A stretch of 64,000 bases of DNA from IMG/VR virus record IMGVR_UViG_3300014137_000003; one strand, 5' to 3'. The stretch is from a virus. The position numbers and the translations under genes are program-made. The notes beneath the pieces were generated by a model. It worked only from the letters and a program-made list of their open reading frames with translations. It did no database searches and was not told the DNA's origin. Positions within the stretch are counted from its first letter, which is position 1. Every line of letters starts with the position of its first letter. Shown here piece after piece: positions 1-9,268 of this stretch.

Positions 1-89
1 ACTTTCTTTAAGAAAGCAGAAGACTTAGAAATTTCACTCTAAGTGGTTTACTTGGTGCATACAGTTGTATGTACCTTTTGTTGTTGTTA

Positions 90-98
90 TGGTATAAT
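90..98 (+). promoter_or_regulatory. extended -10 promoter (TGGTATAAT)
   Basis: TGGTATAAT lies about 27 nt upstream of the ATG at 125. It belongs to the repeated TGGTAnAAT promoter family. Confidence 0.6.
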
Positions 99-124
99 AT
101 TTAAAAAGTATTAGGGGGTAGTCT

Positions 125-448
125 ATGGAAAAGATTAGTGGACGTCTTGCAGACGATAATAATTATACTCTTTCATTAGAGGACGGTCGTTTGAAGATGT
201 TAGTAGGTGTTGTTGAGTATGAGTTTAAGCTAGAAGATTTACTTGAATTCACTTGGGGTAACAATGCTTATGGTGAGTTTGCTATTCCTTTGAATATCCT
301 AAGTTCAGCGGTTAGGGGCAGGACTCTTTATCCAGCTTGTTTGAAAATTAGGGGATGGCTCTCTGATAAGACTTTGGAAGAGCTATTAAAATTTAAATTT
401 AAGAAAGAAAGACGTGGGGAAGATTATTTCCTCATTGGTAAATGGTGA
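125..448 (+). CDS. hypothetical protein
   Basis: 107-aa ORF. An AGGGGGTA SD-like box ends 5 nt before the ATG. Confidence 0.7.
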   Translation: MEKISGRLADDNNYTLSLEDGRLKMLVGVVEYEFKLEDLLEFTWGNNAYGEFAIPLNILSSAVRGRTLYPACLKIRGWLSDKTLEELLKFKFKKERRGEDYFLIGKW

Positions 449-993
449 TTTTTATGTATTTTAAAGTAACGAGTCATAGTGCGTTGAAGCGTTTGTATGA
501 TTATCTTGATGAGCGTTTCATTCCTAATATTGCTAGAGATAGTCTTTTATTGAACTTGTCTATGTCGGGAGATGCTATTACTTTCCCTTTGGTACTTAGC
601 CTTGGTGGTCTAAGCTTTAAGGTAGTAGAAGAGGGAAGCGTAGAAGAAGGCAGTCCTATCGTTGAGGTGCGTACCAAGGAAGTGTTTATCTCTTCGAATG
701 GGGTAACTCGCAAATTGCGTGACGGATTGGACATCTATCCTAAGTTTAAGCGTGCTGATTGGTACTCTGGAAAGGTTGCTTTCAAAATTGAAGACTTCGA
801 CACCTTGGAACAGTTTGTAGGCATCTTTGAACCAGGAGAAGTAAAAGATTTCCCAGAAACTTATAGCGGTAAAACTATTTACCTAACAGTTAAGGAGTCA
901 AATATCTCTTTTCATAAAGAGTTACCTCAAGGTATGCCATGTGTTACCTATCACTCAGGTTATACTTTCCCTAGTGCTTTAGAGGTGATGTAG
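442..993 (+). CDS. hypothetical protein
   Basis: 183-aa ORF whose start overlaps the upstream stop (ATGGTGA). An alternative ATG lies at 454. Confidence 0.65.
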   Translation: MVIFMYFKVTSHSALKRLYDYLDERFIPNIARDSLLLNLSMSGDAITFPLVLSLGGLSFKVVEEGSVEEGSPIVEVRTKEVFISSNGVTRKLRDGLDIYPKFKRADWYSGKVAFKIEDFDTLEQFVGIFEPGEVKDFPETYSGKTIYLTVKESNISFHKELPQGMPCVTYHSGYTFPSALEVM

Positions 994-994
994 T

Positions 995-1921
995 ATGGCT
1001 ACAAAGTTTGTAATTGATAAGGAATTATTTGACTTCTTAGAGTCAACTTATCACGAATGTGACCTCGGAATGGGTAATAATGGCATCGTCCATTTGTATA
1101 AAGTTCCAGGTGCTTCAATTACTATCTACAGGACTGGTACTCTTCTTATCCAAGGTAAGAAAGAAGAGAAGTATGCTCAACTTATTGGTGGGATGCTAAG
1201 TTCTAAGGCTATCCAGCCTAAATCGTCCAAGAAAGGGAAGGGTTCAAAGTCTTCGAAGGATAACCCTTTTAGTAATCAAGCTTTCATTATGGGTTCTGAC
1301 GAGGTTGGTAACAGCTCTTATACAGGGGGTATGACTGCAGCAGCGGTTTATGTTCCTAAGAAAGCCGTATCTCGTCTGCATGCTTTAGGGGTAGCGGACT
1401 CTAAGACCATCAGTGACGGTAGAGTGCTAAAACTTGCCGAAGAGGTTAAAAAGATTTGCCCTTATTTTGTTATGAGTTTATCTCCAAGGCAGTATAATAG
1501 GGCTATCGACAAGGGTTATAACCAAGTATCACTTAAAGTTTTTATGCATAATTACTGTGCATCTAAATTGCAAGAAGCTAATCCAGAACTTAAGTATCAA
1601 AATTATATTGTTGATGGGTTTACTCTTCAACCGTCATGGGATAAGTATGTTGCTAAGGAAAAGGAAAAATGTAGTGTTAAGGCTAGGTTGATTCCTCATG
1701 CTGAAGGTAAGTATTTGGCAGTAGCAGCAGCGTCTATCTTGGCTAGGGCAGCTTTTCTAGCTCAGATACAGTCTTTATCTACAGAGTCCGGTATTAACCT
1801 ACATCAGGGTGTTACTTCTCATGTTAGGGACGATGTACTAGCCATTAAATCACGTGGTTTTGATTTAAATGATTTTGTGAAACTACACTTTAAAAATACG
1901 AAAATGTGGGGGCTAAAATAA
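995..1921 (+). CDS. rnhC: ribonuclease HIII-like
   Basis: GSDEVG..YTGGMTAAAVYV, ADSK and HAEGKYLAVAAASILARAAFL match the RNase HII/HIII catalytic motifs. The N-terminal YRTGTLLIQGK region resembles the RNase HIII TBP-like domain, and the C-terminal KLHFKNT matches B. subtilis RnhC. Confidence 0.8.
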   Translation: MATKFVIDKELFDFLESTYHECDLGMGNNGIVHLYKVPGASITIYRTGTLLIQGKKEEKYAQLIGGMLSSKAIQPKSSKKGKGSKSSKDNPFSNQAFIMGSDEVGNSSYTGGMTAAAVYVPKKAVSRLHALGVADSKTISDGRVLKLAEEVKKICPYFVMSLSPRQYNRAIDKGYNQVSLKVFMHNYCASKLQEANPELKYQNYIVDGFTLQPSWDKYVAKEKEKCSVKARLIPHAEGKYLAVAAASILARAAFLAQIQSLSTESGINLHQGVTSHVRDDVLAIKSRGFDLNDFVKLHFKNTKMWGLK

Positions 1922-1924
1922 TTT

Positions 1925-2758
1925 ATGGATAACAGTTTGCAAGTTTTTATGGAGTTAGATACTCTAGTAGCTGAGGGGTATGCAGATGAACTAACTCCAG
2001 TAGAAGAGCACGGTGGTCACTTAGTCAAACGTGATGACTTGTACTCTGCTTTCGGAGCAATGGGGGGTAAAGCTCGTTCTTGTCAGTATTTGTGTGAGCA
2101 GGCTTTAAAAAGTGGTTTGAATGGGTTAGTAACTGCAGGTTCTAAGAAAAGCCCTCAAATTCAAATTGTTTCCTTTATCGCTAAGCATTATGGAGTTCCT
2201 TTCCATGCACATTGCCCTCAAGGTGAATTGGGTCAGGAGTTGGAGGTAGCTAAGGCTAATGGAGCTGAAATCTTTCAACACCGTGCAGGTTATAATAATG
2301 TAATTATTAGACGTGCTAAGGATGATGCAGAGGCTATGGGCTATGCGGAAATTCCTTTTGGTATGGAGTGTTGGGAGGCAGTATATCAGACAGCCTTGCA
2401 GGTTAAGTCTTTGGTAGAACCTTACAAGGAAGGTAAGTTCTCTCGTATTATCATGCCTATTGGCTCAGGTATGAGTTTGAGTGGTGTTCTTTGGGGCTTG
2501 CTCCATTGGGGTATCGATGTTCCCGTTGTAGGTGTTCAGGTTGGTGGTAAGTATGAGAAACGCTTACAAACCTATGCACCTGAAGATATGAACCTAACTA
2601 CTGTTAAATCTTCCTATGATTACCATAAATACTATGAAAACAACCAAATTGGTGACTTGAAGTTAGACCCTATCTATGAGGCTAAGTGTTTAGACTTTAT
2701 CGAAGAGGGTGATTTGCTATGGGTAGTAGGTGTTCGTGATGGGATTATTGAATCTTAG
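1925..2758 (+). CDS. PLP-dependent enzyme, ACC deaminase/D-cysteine desulfhydrase-like fold
   Basis: VKRDDL....GGKARS resembles the KRDDL..GGNKxRK lysine motif. The IGSGMSLSG glycine loop is typical of fold-type II PLP enzymes. Confidence 0.6.
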   Translation: MDNSLQVFMELDTLVAEGYADELTPVEEHGGHLVKRDDLYSAFGAMGGKARSCQYLCEQALKSGLNGLVTAGSKKSPQIQIVSFIAKHYGVPFHAHCPQGELGQELEVAKANGAEIFQHRAGYNNVIIRRAKDDAEAMGYAEIPFGMECWEAVYQTALQVKSLVEPYKEGKFSRIIMPIGSGMSLSGVLWGLLHWGIDVPVVGVQVGGKYEKRLQTYAPEDMNLTTVKSSYDYHKYYENNQIGDLKLDPIYEAKCLDFIEEGDLLWVVGVRDGIIES

Positions 2759-2779
2759 ATTATTGAAAGGTTACAAGTT

Positions 2780-3145
2780 ATGATTAAACGAAGCTTAGGT
2801 TTCTATGTTGCTTGTTTTATTGGGTTTCTCTTAGTGACTTCAGTGGTAGGAGGGGTACTTCAGCTAAGTGGTTATCTTAGTAAGGCGGAGTCCAATTACA
2901 CTAAGGAGTCTCGGTCTAGAATTATTAAGGAGTTCGCTAATGAGAATGCAGTTTACACCGTAACTAAACTTAACATGGAAGAACATGGTGGTATCTTAGA
3001 TAAGTACCACGAATACTTTGTAACTGTAGAAGACGGCTCAGGTAAAGCAAAAACTATTACGGTTGAAGCTGGCTTGTATTACTCCTTAAATGTTGGAGAT
3101 AAGGTAGATTATAAAGGAAATATTTTAAGTTCAAGCAAGGAGTAA
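2780..3145 (+). CDS. membrane-anchored protein
   Basis: 121-aa ORF with an N-terminal hydrophobic helix (FYVACFIGFLLVTSVVGGVL). Confidence 0.65.
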   Translation: MIKRSLGFYVACFIGFLLVTSVVGGVLQLSGYLSKAESNYTKESRSRIIKEFANENAVYTVTKLNMEEHGGILDKYHEYFVTVEDGSGKAKTITVEAGLYYSLNVGDKVDYKGNILSSSKE

Positions 3146-3152
3146 ATAAAAA

Positions 3153-3674
3153 ATGAAAAATTGGGATAAAACGCTTTTAGTTTTTAGTACATTTGTTTTA
3201 TTACATCTTGCAGTAATGCCATTTGTAGGTTACCTAACGGGTAGTGGAGAAATATCACTCTTTCTAGGTGTGGTGTTGGCTATTGTTTTTATATTCTCAG
3301 CCAAGCATATCTTGGATAGGGGGTATCTAAATAACCGCAAAGTAAAGGATGTTTTTATTGTAGTAGCTCTACTTTGCGTTGGAACTCTTGTATTCTACGC
3401 TAAGACTACTAAGACAGAAGTTACAACTACTTCTAAAACTAAGGTTGTCGATGCTAAAGTTACTACAGAGTATAGTTATATGTCCTTCTATAGAATGACT
3501 CTTTTATCTGATGGCGATGTTATCTCTCTAGAACATGTTAAGAATGGTGGAGATTTCTATTTGGGCGATAAAGTTCGTGGCATTAAGAACGTTACGAAGA
3601 CAACTCATACAACGAATGTCTTTGGGGTAAAAACTTCTCACGTTAGTAAGTATATTGAGTTAAAAGGTAAGTAA
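3153..3674 (+). CDS. membrane protein
   Basis: 173-aa ORF with three N-terminal hydrophobic segments. Confidence 0.65.
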   Translation: MKNWDKTLLVFSTFVLLHLAVMPFVGYLTGSGEISLFLGVVLAIVFIFSAKHILDRGYLNNRKVKDVFIVVALLCVGTLVFYAKTTKTEVTTTSKTKVVDAKVTTEYSYMSFYRMTLLSDGDVISLEHVKNGGDFYLGDKVRGIKNVTKTTHTTNVFGVKTSHVSKYIELKGK

Positions 3675-3675
3675 A

Positions 3676-3876
3676 ATGAAACTATCAAAAGCAGATGGAA
3701 AATATCTTTCAGAAGAAGGTTTCCTATCTTTGATTATAGGTGTTATCTTCTGTGTATCAGCTATTTTTAGTAGGTTTATGCTAGGAAGTAATACTTTGAC
3801 GACTTTATCCCTTATAGGAGTGGGGTATTTCTTTGGGAGTGGTATAACTTACCTAAAGATAGCTACTCGTAAATAG
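3676..3876 (+). CDS. small membrane protein
   Basis: 66-aa ORF with two hydrophobic helices. Its start abuts the upstream stop. Confidence 0.55.
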   Translation: MKLSKADGKYLSEEGFLSLIIGVIFCVSAIFSRFMLGSNTLTTLSLIGVGYFFGSGITYLKIATRK

Positions 3877-4054
3877 CTATCTTTTGGAGTCTTAGAAATT
3901 TTCGTTATTTTTATTGACAGTTAATTTTAGTATTAAATGCAATAGCTTAATTAGCTTTAATTTTTATAGGAATTCCTTAGATTTTTATCTAAGGTTTTAC
4001 TGGATTTATGGTACTTGGATCGTTGGTCTAGTACCTGTGCATAGGGGTGATTTA

Positions 4055-5554
4055 ATGGTAGTAGTAAATGTCAACCTTGGTATTGGGTATGCCTCAAGTG
4101 GGGTAGAGTACGCTCAAGCCTATCGTAGTAGGTTGTTAAAAAGTATGGGTAGAAAGCAAAAGAATGTTTTCTTAGATTTCATGCCCGATGATACGGTATA
4201 TGATATGGCTAGTAATTTGGGGATTCCGTCTGATTCGGTAGTATGGTTGTATGATTACTTTAGGGATTCCTTGGTTTCTAGCTCTGCTAAGAAATTGACA
4301 GACTTTGAAAAGGAGTGGGGTACTATTGATGAGTCTCGTTCTTCTGTATTCAGAAAGTATTTTGGAGATGAGAATGACTTTATCGTTGCTAATTTAAGTC
4401 GTTTTAACCCATCTTTTGTTACGTCTGTTGAGTATGTAAATGCTGGTTGTTTAGTCTTAAAAGAGTATTACTCTGAAAGCACTATTTATTGTAGGGAGCG
4501 TTTTACCCCTATTGATGGGGTAGCTACTCGGTATGTTAGGGAGTTCTATAATACAGATGGCACTCTTTACTTACAAGAGTTTATTGATGACACAAAAAAC
4601 TCAAGATTTCTCTATAAAGGAGAACTTTATCCAACAAAAGAAGCCTTATTTAAGTTAATGATGTCTAAAGTATTAACTAATAAGGATTTTGTACTACTTG
4701 ACCGTGCTAGTGGTACGGCTAAGGCTTTACTCTCTTTGAAGGATACTCTCAAATTTAAGTTGGGGGTAGTAGTTCATGCAGAGCATTTTGTTCCCGAAGG
4801 TACTAAGGATGGCAATATCCTATGGAACAACTTTTATGATTATGTTTTCCGTAATTCTGACAAGGTTAATGTCTTTATCTGTTCTACAGAGTTGCAGTCT
4901 GATATCTTGAAGAAGCAAATAAAACACTGCTATAATAAAGATATCGCAACTTATACTATTCCAGTGGGGTATCTTGAAGAGTTAAAAGGTAAAGATTTGG
5001 AAAGAGATTTAGCTAAGTTAGTCACTGTATCTCGTCTATCTAGTGAGAAGAACCTAGATATTCTTATTGAATCTCTTGCAACAGTAAAGGGTAAAGGTTA
5101 TGAATTTATTTTAGATATCTATGGTGAGGGTTCTGAGCGAATTAAGTTGGAGTCTCTAATTAAATCTAAAGGGTTAGAAGACTGTATCTTCTTAAAAGGT
5201 CACGTAGATGTATCAGATATCTATAAAGACTACTCATGTTATGTAAGTGCTTCTCAAGGGGAAGGTTTTGGTTTATCTTTAATGGAAGCAGTTGGCTCAG
5301 GTCTATTCCTAGTGGGGTATGATGTTAATTATGGAAACCCTACGTTCTGTAAGCAAAATGAGACAGGTTATCTAGTACCTTATGTAGAAGGTAAGCGAGA
5401 AGAAAATGTACTGTCACTTGCTGATGGTGTTGAGAAATATCTAGGCACTTATTTAACATTGCATAGGGGTAGTGTATATAACCTAGCTGAGGGGTATCTT
5501 AAAGATAAGGTAAAAGAATGTTGGAGGTCTTTGTTAAATGATAAGTCTATTTAG
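4055..5554 (+). CDS. gtfA: GtfA-like GT4 glycosyltransferase (O-GlcNAc transferase of serine-rich-repeat proteins)
   Basis: MVVVNVNLGIGYASSGVEYAQAYR, LGVVVHAEHF, ILWNNFYDY and EGFGLSLMEAVGSGL closely match streptococcal GtfA. The start is moved to the ATG at 4055, which follows an AGGGGTGA SD. The track start at 3914 adds 47 low-complexity residues. Confidence 0.85.
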   Translation: MVVVNVNLGIGYASSGVEYAQAYRSRLLKSMGRKQKNVFLDFMPDDTVYDMASNLGIPSDSVVWLYDYFRDSLVSSSAKKLTDFEKEWGTIDESRSSVFRKYFGDENDFIVANLSRFNPSFVTSVEYVNAGCLVLKEYYSESTIYCRERFTPIDGVATRYVREFYNTDGTLYLQEFIDDTKNSRFLYKGELYPTKEALFKLMMSKVLTNKDFVLLDRASGTAKALLSLKDTLKFKLGVVVHAEHFVPEGTKDGNILWNNFYDYVFRNSDKVNVFICSTELQSDILKKQIKHCYNKDIATYTIPVGYLEELKGKDLERDLAKLVTVSRLSSEKNLDILIESLATVKGKGYEFILDIYGEGSERIKLESLIKSKGLEDCIFLKGHVDVSDIYKDYSCYVSASQGEGFGLSLMEAVGSGLFLVGYDVNYGNPTFCKQNETGYLVPYVEGKREENVLSLADGVEKYLGTYLTLHRGSVYNLAEGYLKDKVKECWRSLLNDKSI

Positions 5555-6800
5555 TTATTATGATTCAGATGCTTGGGACTTGCATTACTCCTTGGAGGTT
5601 GATGGAGTTCATAATAGGACTTTGTCTTTGGATTTTAATGGTTTTCTGCCGAGTGATGTGGAGTCTCCTTGGGAGTCTTACCTTTACACTAGGGAGTTAC
5701 CTTTTAAACCTTTGCATGTGAATGATTTACCTCTACCACTGGGTGTAGAGTTGGAGTCTGAGGATGGTATCTTTTATCTCTATGGGGAGACTGGTATTGT
5801 TGGAAGGGTTTCTTTCTATGGGGAGTTGGTAGACCGTATTGTCAAGAGTGTCGATTATTTTGACACTAAAGGGCAACTTCTAGTTACCGAAAACTATTGT
5901 AACCGTGGATTTGTTTTCCGTAGGGACTACTATATTAGTGGTTCTTGGGTATCTAGTGTTTATTTTGATGACGAAGGTAAAGAGGTTATCTCTCACAACC
6001 TTTATACAGGGTATTTAATGGTAGGCTCTAAGTCTTACAGTAGCTTAAGCGAATTCTACTTGGGGTACTTGAAGGAACTTAACGAGCCTATCTTATTCAC
6101 AGAAGAAATGCTTGGCTTGGGTATTGTGGAAGGTTTGGGGTATAATCCTGAGAATGTTTTAGTGGTAACTGGTAGATACGATGACAATTTACCAGAAAAT
6201 ATTGTAGAGTTCGCTAAGACTGGTAAGGTTGTGTTTACTAACCGTTTCCAATATGATTCTACTAAAGAGGAGTACTCTAACTCAGGTTTTGCAGGTCTTA
6301 AGTTTAGAAAGGTTTCTGAGCTAGGTAGTCCTAATGATGTGGTAATTACTACTGACACAGACAATTTAGTTGGTATAGAAGAGTTAGTTCATGAATGTAA
6401 GAACACTCACTTCCATATTTTAGCAAGTACCTTGGTATCTAAGAAGTTAGAAAATCTAGGTAATCTGCCTAATGTCTCTGTATATCCATCTGCTAGTGAG
6501 GAGGATGTTACTTCATGCTTTGCTACAGCAGGTATTTTCCTAGATATCTCTACTGGTTCTACTGTATTCAATGCAAATAAGAGGGCTGTTGAGAACTCGA
6601 TGTTGCGGATTGGAGTATTGGGGGTATCTAGTGGCAAGCATATCACCAACGAGCTTTTGCACTCTAAAGACATGAAAGGGATTAGTAATATCCTTAATCT
6701 TGTGGCTGATGATAAGTCGGAACTAGCTGAATTGTATAAAAATCAAGAAACCTTGTTGGGGTATAACTCTTCAGAGTCTTTTAGTAGTTTTATTAAGTAG
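5538..6800 (+). CDS. gtfB: GtfB-like glycosylation partner/chaperone
   Basis: The N-terminus (MISLFSYYDSDAWDLHYSLEVDGVH....FNGFLP) resembles accessory-Sec GtfB. The gene overlaps the gtfA stop, as in gtfA-gtfB operons. Confidence 0.75.
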   Translation: MISLFSYYDSDAWDLHYSLEVDGVHNRTLSLDFNGFLPSDVESPWESYLYTRELPFKPLHVNDLPLPLGVELESEDGIFYLYGETGIVGRVSFYGELVDRIVKSVDYFDTKGQLLVTENYCNRGFVFRRDYYISGSWVSSVYFDDEGKEVISHNLYTGYLMVGSKSYSSLSEFYLGYLKELNEPILFTEEMLGLGIVEGLGYNPENVLVVTGRYDDNLPENIVEFAKTGKVVFTNRFQYDSTKEEYSNSGFAGLKFRKVSELGSPNDVVITTDTDNLVGIEELVHECKNTHFHILASTLVSKKLENLGNLPNVSVYPSASEEDVTSCFATAGIFLDISTGSTVFNANKRAVENSMLRIGVLGVSSGKHITNELLHSKDMKGISNILNLVADDKSELAELYKNQETLLGYNSSESFSSFIK

Positions 6801-6822
6801 CTTTGCGTTCAGGGGGTGTTTA

Positions 6823-6831
6823 TGGTAAACT
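6823..6831 (+). promoter_or_regulatory. extended -10 promoter (TGGTAAACT)
   Basis: Promoter-family member located 37 nt upstream of the ATG at 6868. Confidence 0.55.
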
Positions 6832-6867
6832 ATGTTATATAGATATAGTTTAGTGGAGGTTTTATAT

Positions 6868-7080
6868 ATGGATTTGAATGCAAGTGGAGAAAGTAACGGT
6901 AGCTTGGAAGGACGCAAACAGTTCTTAGCAGAACTTACAAAAATGTCTAGCAAGGTTTCTACTATGGATAAAGCAGTGCTACTATCTTTCGATCCAAAAG
7001 GTAAAGTAGATATCTCATCCTTTGGTTTTCATCCTTTGGAGTTGGCAGCAACTCTTGATGGTATCTCTAAAACAATCTGA
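6868..7080 (+). CDS. hypothetical protein (possible UGA read-through to 7203)
   Basis: The start is set at the ATG at 6868, after a GGAGG SD and downstream of the promoter. After the TGA at 7078 the frame stays open for 40 more codons. Confidence 0.55.
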   Translation: MDLNASGESNGSLEGRKQFLAELTKMSSKVSTMDKAVLLSFDPKGKVDISSFGFHPLELAATLDGISKTI

Positions 7081-7229
7081 GATGGCGTATTTCAAAGTCA
7101 AAATCCTGAAGAAGCATTAATTGCAGCCCGTAGGGATGTAGCCATAGCGTGTGGGGTACCTCCAGAAGAACTAGATAAACTTGAAGATGATGAATCTAAG
7201 TAGAAGAAAATAAATGAAGGTATTAAATT

Positions 7230-7823
7230 ATGAGTAAACAGTATTTAATTGTTAGTGAGCAGGTAGGTAGTTTCCTAGAGAATAAGTCCTACAAAACTCC
7301 TCGTGAAAAGGTTGCCTTTATGGCATCCATATATGAGGCTGAGAGGCGTGCTGAAGACCCTCTCGTTCTGAGCGATGGGGATTACGATATTATTATGCGT
7401 ATCCTAAACGGTGAGGAGTTCGTAGTTGATACAGGTAAATTTTATATCAATGTAGGAGCACCTATTAATCGTGAGGAGTTCTTGTGTACGGTAGAGGTTA
7501 CTTATGATGCTGAAGGTAACCGTCTAATTGAGTGGGGCTTAGATACTCTCGATAATGCCTTCCTCTTTAGGGAACAGGATTGGGAAACTCTTGTACCTGA
7601 AGGGTATCGTAGTGATATCTTTAAGGTTATGGAACGTCTTGCTTATTTGAGGAAGGAAGAGAAGGAAGAAAGTTTCTCTCCATTTAATCCTCCTGTTGTA
7701 GAAGAAGCAGACAATGAAGTAATTTCGTATGAGGAAGGCACTTCAGACGAAGATAGCAGTGAGAACACTCATCTTAGTGAGGAAGGAACTACCTCTCTTT
7801 TAAACCAGGAAATAATCCTTTAA
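7230..7823 (+). CDS. hypothetical protein, acidic C-terminus
   Basis: 197-aa ORF with an acidic, Ser-rich tail. Confidence 0.65.
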   Translation: MSKQYLIVSEQVGSFLENKSYKTPREKVAFMASIYEAERRAEDPLVLSDGDYDIIMRILNGEEFVVDTGKFYINVGAPINREEFLCTVEVTYDAEGNRLIEWGLDTLDNAFLFREQDWETLVPEGYRSDIFKVMERLAYLRKEEKEESFSPFNPPVVEEADNEVISYEEGTSDEDSSENTHLSEEGTTSLLNQEIIL

Positions 7824-7925
7824 CCTCGGTCTAGGGGTATGGATTTACCTAAGTGAACTTTTGGTAGTAATTAGCGTGGGTTAAGTGTATATAGCAGCTT
7901 TGTTAGGGTATGTACTTAACTATTT

Positions 7926-7931
7926 TAGAAT
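7926..7931 (+). promoter_or_regulatory. -10 box (TAGAAT)
   Basis: TTTTAGAATATTGTAT lies in a 180-nt gap upstream of 8003. Confidence 0.4.
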
Positions 7932-8002
7932 ATTGTATATTTTATTAGGGTATCTTACTTGGGCACCTTAAGCAATAATTAAAAGAATAAAGAGGAAAAA
8001 TA

Positions 8003-8965
8003 ATGAATAAAGTTAAGTTATTTTCAGGCGTAGTTTTGGCAACAACAGTTGCTAGTTTGGTGGGTAGTGTAGCATCTGCTGATATTCAGACAGATACAAT
8101 CAATGAGAAGTGGGGCAAACCTACTTTGGTTTACGGTAGTGACCTTACTGATGCACAGGTTGCAGAGACTAACAACGCTTTCGGTATCAAGAATATCGAT
8201 AACGTAAACCGTCAAATCACAACTTCGGACGACTTTAACAAATGGATGGGAACTACTGGTGAAACTCCAGCCCTTATTTCTTCAGCTTTGGTACAAAAGG
8301 CTGATAAAGGTAATGGTGTAAAAGTAAATATTAAAACTCCACAAAATATTACCAAAGTGACTACCTTGCAGTATCAAAATGCAGCTATTACGGCAGGAGC
8401 TAGTGATGTAAATATTGATATTGCTAGCCCTATTTCCGTAACAGGTGAATCCGCCTTAGTAGGGGTATCTAAAGCCTTAGAGGCAAATGGTCAGAAAGTA
8501 GATCCAAAACGTGCAGAAGTCGCTAACCAAGAGTTGTCTACTACTGCAAATATTGCTGACCAGAACAAAGATAACAAAAAATTCGACCCAGCAGCTCTTG
8601 ATTTGGCTTTAGCTCAAATTAAGACTGATTTGGCTGACTATAAAAACTCAAATGGTAAAACTGCAGACAACGCTAAAATTGAAGAAATCGTTAACAAGGC
8701 TTTGAAAGACAATGGTCTTGACCAAATCATTTCTGCTGACCAAGTTCAACAGCTTGTATCATTTGCTAATGCTTATCAAAATACTTCTGCCATTGACTCT
8801 AAAGAAGTGAAAAACCAGCTTGATAGTTTTGCAAAAAATGCTTACAATTCTTTGTCTGATAGCTACAAGAAAGTAATTGACGGTGATGGTGGTGGAATCC
8901 TTGATGGATTTGTATCATTCTTTAAGGGATTGTTTAATGGTATTGCTGATTTGTTTAAAAATTAA
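8003..8965 (+). CDS. secreted DUF1002-like protein
   Basis: Signal peptide MNKVKLFSGVVLATTVASLVGSVASA followed by WGKPTLVYGSDLT, which resembles Firmicute DUF1002 extracellular proteins. It has a canonical AGAGGA SD and only one GGGGTA copy. Confidence 0.7.
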   Translation: MNKVKLFSGVVLATTVASLVGSVASADIQTDTINEKWGKPTLVYGSDLTDAQVAETNNAFGIKNIDNVNRQITTSDDFNKWMGTTGETPALISSALVQKADKGNGVKVNIKTPQNITKVTTLQYQNAAITAGASDVNIDIASPISVTGESALVGVSKALEANGQKVDPKRAEVANQELSTTANIADQNKDNKKFDPAALDLALAQIKTDLADYKNSNGKTADNAKIEEIVNKALKDNGLDQIISADQVQQLVSFANAYQNTSAIDSKEVKNQLDSFAKNAYNSLSDSYKKVIDGDGGGILDGFVSFFKGLFNGIADLFKN

Positions 8966-8989
8966 GAAGCAATTAGGGGTAGTAGTATT

Positions 8990-9268
8990 ATGTTAGGTTT
9001 AGTAAAGGTAAATAAGCTCATGGACTTGCTATCTAAGGATATCGAGTCTCAGCTTTGTCCAGTGTATCATATCGTTAATCCTCAAACTAAAGAGGAAGAA
9101 TTCCAGTTAACTCCTAGTCATGATTGGGCACCTATGTTGATTCGTGTACGTGATGAGAGGGTTTATACGGCAGAGTCGGCTATTAGGGGTACTTTAGGAA
9201 GACTGGAAAGGCAAGGCTATTTGGTAGCATCAAGGGTGGAAGAGTTATGTCAACTAAAAGAAAATTAG
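8990..9268 (+). CDS. hypothetical protein
   Basis: 92-aa ORF with an AGGGGTAG SD upstream. Confidence 0.6.
   Translation: MLGLVKVNKLMDLLSKDIESQLCPVYHIVNPQTKEEEFQLTPSHDWAPMLIRVRDERVYTAESAIRGTLGRLERQGYLVASRVEELCQLKEN

Noticed and set aside
3914-4054. The N-terminal 47-codon extension of gtfA, and similar track extensions at 9747, 12861, 15709, 29684 and 52165.
   Set aside because: The extensions run through promoters, terminators or a tRNA and lack similarity to the protein family. Internal ATG or GTG codons with good SD boxes fit better.
7078-7080. Selenocysteine at the in-frame TGA.
   Set aside because: I recognised no tRNA-Sec and no SECIS-like hairpin immediately downstream, and TGA is used as an ordinary stop elsewhere in the window.
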